A DNA stretch of 64,000 nt, taken from Callorhinchus milii. Taxonomy: Eukaryota. How positions within the stretch are numbered: the stretch's first letter is position 1; the number at the start of each line of letters is the position of its first letter. The DNA lies in assembly GCF_018977255.1 (NCBI RefSeq), contig NW_024704743.1:56794001-56858000 (forward strand). The letters are read 5' to 3'. The notes beneath the pieces were generated by a model that was not told where the DNA came from, did not search any database, and was given only the letters and a program-made list of their open reading frames with translations. The position numbers and the translations under genes are program-made. Shown here piece after piece: positions 59,360 to 64,000 of the stretch.

Positions 59360-60063
59360 GGTCATTCAGGCTCCTATTGTGCTCCAATGCAGACGGGTAA
59401 ATACTGCACATGGTGCAATGCTAGTGAGGACAAAATTGGAAGGGATGTTAAACTGAGGTCCTATTTGCTTGTTCAACTGGGAGTTAAAGATCCCATGGTA
59501 CAATTCAAAAAGACAAGGGAGTTTCTCCTGATGTCTGGCTAACAAACCCGCCAAATAAATTGATCAATCGTTTCATGACTGTTTGTGGACATTGACTGCC
59601 AAGTTTGCCTTAGGCTTGCCTTAGGGATGCAAAAAAAATGGCCACTGGCACCTCGGGCAGGCAGTACAGGAGCCATCTTGCTAAAACCATTGTCCGCAAT
59701 GGTAATGAGAGGAGAGGGGGGCAGCCATCTTGATAAAAGCAGGTCAAGCAGGTGAGGGCAAGAGGGAGGAATTGGTGGCCATCTTGGTTAAAGCGTGACC
59801 TGCAATGGTGGTGAATCCTGGTGGTGGCCATCTTGGTAAAGGAAGTACACGCAATGCATGGTGATGGAGGAGGGGCTAGAAAGAGGGATATGAATGCATC
59901 CCAGTTTGATCACTATAAGAAACTGGCACATTAATTTTTTTCACCAGCAACCAGCAAGGCAGTACAAAAGTTTGGGTACAAAAGCAGTCACTGCAATTAG
60001 CAGAAGTTCCATGAAAAATGCTTGGAAACATCTCAACACTATATAAATGCAAAGATTATTATT
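59360..60063 (+). mobile_element. Deu-domain SINE (59360-59610, resuming ~59977-60063) interrupted by an insertion
   Basis: GATGTTAAACTGAGG...AAAGATCCCATGG core. The tail resumes at TACAAAAGCAGTCAC...AAATGCAAAGATTATTATT. Confidence 0.8.
59622..59904. mobile_element. Putative non-autonomous DNA transposon (MITE) with an internal ~52 bp periodic GCCATCTTG array
   Basis: Short inverted ends TAGGGATGCA (59622) / TGCATCCCAG (59895-59904). GCCATCTTG occurs at 59672, 59724, 59778 and 59827. No convincing TSD. Confidence 0.5.
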
Positions 60064-60607
60064 TTCTCATCACTCGTATAATTTTGGTCATAATTAGCAC
60101 AGTGTCATAAATAAGGTAAAAACTAATCAGTTGTTATAACTGACCTTGATATGACGAGTCAGTGATAACTGTCCACCGCTTTGGACTAAATTTTGGTTAA
60201 TGTGATATATTACCATTGATAATACATTTCAGTTCCCACGGGTGTTTCTCCTCCACAGATCTCTGCCTTCATGCCCTTTCTTCCTTTCCTCTCAGCTACA
60301 ATCTGACGGGATATGTGATATCCTTCCTAATGAATGACTGAAATATAAAAAGAGTAAAATATTATTAGATCAATGCTAATTAAATAGCAATAGCTTATTT
60401 GGGGCTTTTTGAGGTCAGCTCAGTTTACTGACCCAGTTTCAAGTCCCTCTCAATATTCAGAGAGAAACAAACCCATATCTGTGCACTTATTTCGTTAAAG
60501 ATTTTGCCTGTATATGCCTTCATCTAAGTGATGTACTGATGAGAATACATTTGTGCTCAATGGTGGGCTAACAGTGTGAAGCAGTACCCATAAACATAAA
60601 TACATTT

Positions 60608-60900
60608 ACAACAGCAACAACTTGGATTTATATAGCGCCCTCCACGCCCGACAGAGTCTCAGATTGCTTCACAGTAATGGATCCCGGGGCCGAGCCAGGG
60701 AGAGGGGGAGGAAGGTGACCAAAGGCGCGGTCAAAGAGAAAGATCTTCAGCAGAGACCTGAAAATAGGTCGAGAGGGAACGAGGTGAAGGGAGTGAGGAA
60801 GGGAATTCCAGCGCCTCGGGGCATAGTGGCTCAAGGCACGGCCGCCAAAGGTGGAGCGGAGGACTCGGGACAAGGAGGAGGCCAGACCCGGACGGAGGAA
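60608..60900 (-). mobile_element. L2 3' end
   Basis: RVLRSTFGGRALSHYAPRRWNSLP..LKIFLFDRAFG and tail; closely similar to the 41823-41970 insert. Confidence 0.92.
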
Positions 60901-63009
60901 CAAAGGCATTTAAACTCCATGCTACAAGTTCATATTTAAACTATATGATTTAAAATATTGCTTCTCAATTGAAAACTAGTCTTGCTGTGAAGCCTAGTGG
61001 CTAAGGGTTTCCGCTTATGATTCCCTGCATGGTATGTTCCTTATTGCAATGTGAATTATCACAGAGAGTCTCTGAGTAGATGGAGCCTGTTCTTTACACC
61101 ACAGGGCATAAGAGTAAATCAAAGGTTTTCATTCACATCTCATACCTAATATAGGAGCAGCTATGACAGAGGCAGGGATGGAGCAAGAGAGTTCAGATGT
61201 CTTGGTCATATCATAGATCGATACATGAAGAAGAACCTTGAATTAAGCACAGAAAAATAAATACCCATTTTAATAAAATGAGAATATTTTTACTTTATAG
61301 ACAATGTATTACTGCTTTTTCAGTTCTTTTTATTTCAGTGTATTACCATTGATTTAGTATTATTTGTGTTATTGCATTTGTCTGTGAGAAACTCATGGGA
61401 ATATCTCTCCAACTCAATCTATTTTGGAATATGGTTCCCTTGGGTAAACTCGATGTACAATGCTCTTCTAGTCCTCACCCAGATTTTCTTAAGAAATCTG
61501 TAAATAAATCCTGCAAAATTGGCCCCTTTGCTTCTAAAGTGGTACTAAAATATGTACTAGCACTGCAAAGCATGATCTAATCCAATGTATTAAGTCCACA
61601 ATATAGTATTTTAGACATACTTCAAAAATATTTGTTTTGGAAGTAATTTGTTTTGTACCAAGAATTACGTTACCATGAGATTTCAGTTCAATGAAATATT
61701 AATTACAGTGAAGGCTTGGTGTAATGTATTAGTTGAGATCCATACATTTCTAAGGAGAAGAGTTTCACTATGCATGGGAGTTTGGGAAGGATTGTGTCTA
61801 AAGCACCAGTTTCAAATAAACTCATGTTATTGCATTGTCTTCCCAGAAATGAGGGCCTGCAAAGTGCAGAAACTTATGAGTGTGCATGGTTTCTTAAGAG
61901 GAAGGTGATGCACACTAGGAGGCAGTGTAGGGGCTCCATCTGTACCATATACAGACAAGAGCAGATGAAGATGATAACCTTGACATCCTCCTTCCAATAC
62001 AACTCCCCCAACCTGCATACTAGTCCAAAGTTGCATCAAGTAGTACAGCTGAAATGCACCCATGCAGCTCAAGGCACCTCAAGGGAAAGGTAGGTGATGG
62101 GACATCATATGGTGGAGCCACAAGCACTGAAAGACTCAACAGGAAAGGGCTGCTCAGTGATGTACCTTCAGAAGCAATAACAATGTTTTGCGACATCTCA
62201 CCACCTTGGAACATCCTCCCAACGTTAACGGTGCAGAACAAATCTAATTTCTTGTTATTTTTCTGGGGTGAGTGGAGGGGTGAAAGGATGAAGCTATTGA
62301 CTTGTACCGCTTCCTATCCCTCAACCCTGGGGCACATATCATCAGGGGATGTACTCTTTCTCCCTTTCACACAGGTATCAAATGCACTGAACCAGGCTTG
62401 CGAACAGCCATGGAGAAGCCAGTGTTTGGAGGCAAGGAAGAGGCAACACACTGCACAGTTCATTGTTGGCATTGTTAGGGATGTAAATATTATAAACAGT
62501 TTTCTTCTCATTTATTTTCATATAATAATTGACAATAATTGCAATTACAACAACAGTCTGCCTTTATATAGCACCGTTCACACAGCATAGCATCTCGAAG
62601 GATTGTTTTATTATCCTTAGTCTTCTTTGTACACATTCCTATTTTCATCAGAGATATATTCTTCCGCAGTTCTGTGTACTTCATCAGAACTGTCTACTAT
62701 ATTCTGAATAACAGTATAGATAGGCCTGATGGCACACATAAAAGGACTGAATGTTCAATTAGAAAAACACCTCCTCAAATACATGGACCACTGCACTGGC
62801 AGACGCAGGTATAGTATCCACATAAACAGATGCTAACACCTCACAGGAATTTTCTACGCAACATTTAGGTACTTTTTCCATCACATCTCACTAAATTATA
62901 TCAGACACCTCAATTAGCATCAGTAATGTTCAGGAAGTAAATTCGACCCCTGTATGGTAACACAAGACCACAATTTTTTGTGCTGTCAAATAATTAATAA
63001 CGAAGGTTA

Positions 63010-63255
63010 AAACTAAAATCTTTACAGAGAGTGATTGCAATATGGAATTGTCTGGCACTAGCTGTTGTCAAAGTAGAGTTCCTAAATTCTTTTTCAAGGG
63101 AAGTTAGATGAATGTTTGAAGAGGAGGAACATTGAAGGGTGTGAGAAAGGAGCAGTAGTATGGTTTAGATTGGCTCATGTGGAGAAAAACTCTAGTGTTG
63201 ACTTGACAGTCCAAATGACCTATTTTGGAGCTGTAACATTGTATGATTTTATGAT
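63010..63255 (+). mobile_element. CR1 3' end, degraded
   Basis: TTTACAGAGAGTGATTGCAATATGGAAT...TTCAAGGGAAGTTAGATGAATG...CAAATGACCT...TGTATGATTTTATGA. Confidence 0.75.
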
Positions 63256-63394
63256 AAGAACAAGCTTGGGGTCGTGCAGTAGAACAAAGGTATATTATAA
63301 TAAGTAGCTTTATAGTCATGAAAGAAATGGAACACAATCTTTCCTGTATTAACGCAACAAAAAATTGTATGAATAAAACAGGTGAAATATACAA

Positions 63395-64000
63395 AATATA
63401 ATACAAAATTACATTTGTAAAGTGCCTTTCACGTCGGTAGGACGTCCCAAAGCATGAACAGTCAGAGATTAGGACCTGAGTAGGAAGCGGGAATTTGGGA
63501 TCATGGAGGGTGGGGGGCAAAGAGGGTAGCCAAAGGCACAGTCAAAGAGGAGGGTCTTGAGGTATGCCTTGAAGGAGGCAAGGGAGGGAGCGAGGTGAAG
63601 GGAATGTGGGATGAAGTTCTAAAGGGCAGGGAGAGAGAGGGGGAAGGCCCGACTGCTGATGGTGGGCTGGGCGGGGGACATGGAGCAGGCTGCAGCCTGC
63701 TGAGCGGAAGGAGCGGACAGGTTGGTAAGGGGTCAGTGGGTCCAAGAGGTAGGAGGGGGCAAGGTCATGGAGAGCCTTGAAGGTGAGAACGAGGATTTTG
63801 AACTCGATCCTCTGAGGGATGGGGTGTCAGTGGAGCTAGCGACAGTAGGTGTAATGGGGTAATGGAGCTTGGTGCAGGAGAGGACACGAGCTGCAGAGTT
63901 CTGGATGATGTTCAGCTTGTGGAGCGAAGAGTTGGGAAGACCGACAAGCAGGGCATTGGCAAAGTCGAGCCTGGAAGTAATGAAGGCATGTATGAAATAC
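63395..64000 (-). mobile_element. L2 3' fragment running off the window end
   Basis: Stem-loop tail at 63421-63455. The minus strand encodes TSRLDFANALLVGLP..IQNSAARVL and RIEFKILVLTFKALH. Confidence 0.93.

Noticed and set aside
59672..59835. GCCATCTTG periodic array as CRISPR-like
   Set aside because: The conserved unit is only about 9-14 bp, the spacers share partial similarity, and the array lies in an insertion within a vertebrate SINE.
62054..62590. 178 aa ORF
   Set aside because: It runs through retroposon tail remnants (~62165-62240 and ~62545-62590) and AT-rich sequence, with no domain signature.
1..64000. Short ORFs (60-180 aa) in the six-frame track as host genes
   Set aside because: They are LINE fragments, antisense or alternative frames of GC-skewed L2 sequence, SINE-derived, or chance ORFs with no recognisable domain.

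Overview
This is AT-rich eukaryotic (vertebrate) non-coding DNA, either intronic or intergenic. The repeat content points to a cartilaginous fish (shark or chimaera); this is inferred from repeat families recognised from memory, not from a search. I could not identify any intact host protein-coding gene, RNA gene, CRISPR array or prokaryotic system. Nearly all long ORFs are fragments of non-LTR retrotransposons. The main ones are: (1) many L2-clade LINE pieces, including one young, CpG-rich copy at ~22.5-24.7 kb that keeps its 5' end and endonuclease but has lost its 3' half; (2) a ~2.2 kb CR1 LINE at ~38.8-41.0 kb, plus short CR1 3' ends; (3) many tRNA-derived SINEs (Deu-domain SacSINE1-like, a tRNA-Ala-like family, AmnSINE2-like). 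The first two SINE groups share their 3' stem-loop with L2. The most interesting unexplained items are: a hairpin-rich repeat in two copies (16.7 kb and 47.1 kb), the second flanked by inverted repeats and followed by a basic/coiled-coil ORF; a ~290 bp insertion with four regularly spaced YY1-type motifs; a 96 bp near-perfect inverted duplication; a candidate 15 nt frame-preserving microexon; and several repeat-free, enhancer-like segments. Boundaries of degraded repeats are approximate (about 10-30 bp), and not every short repeat fragment is listed.
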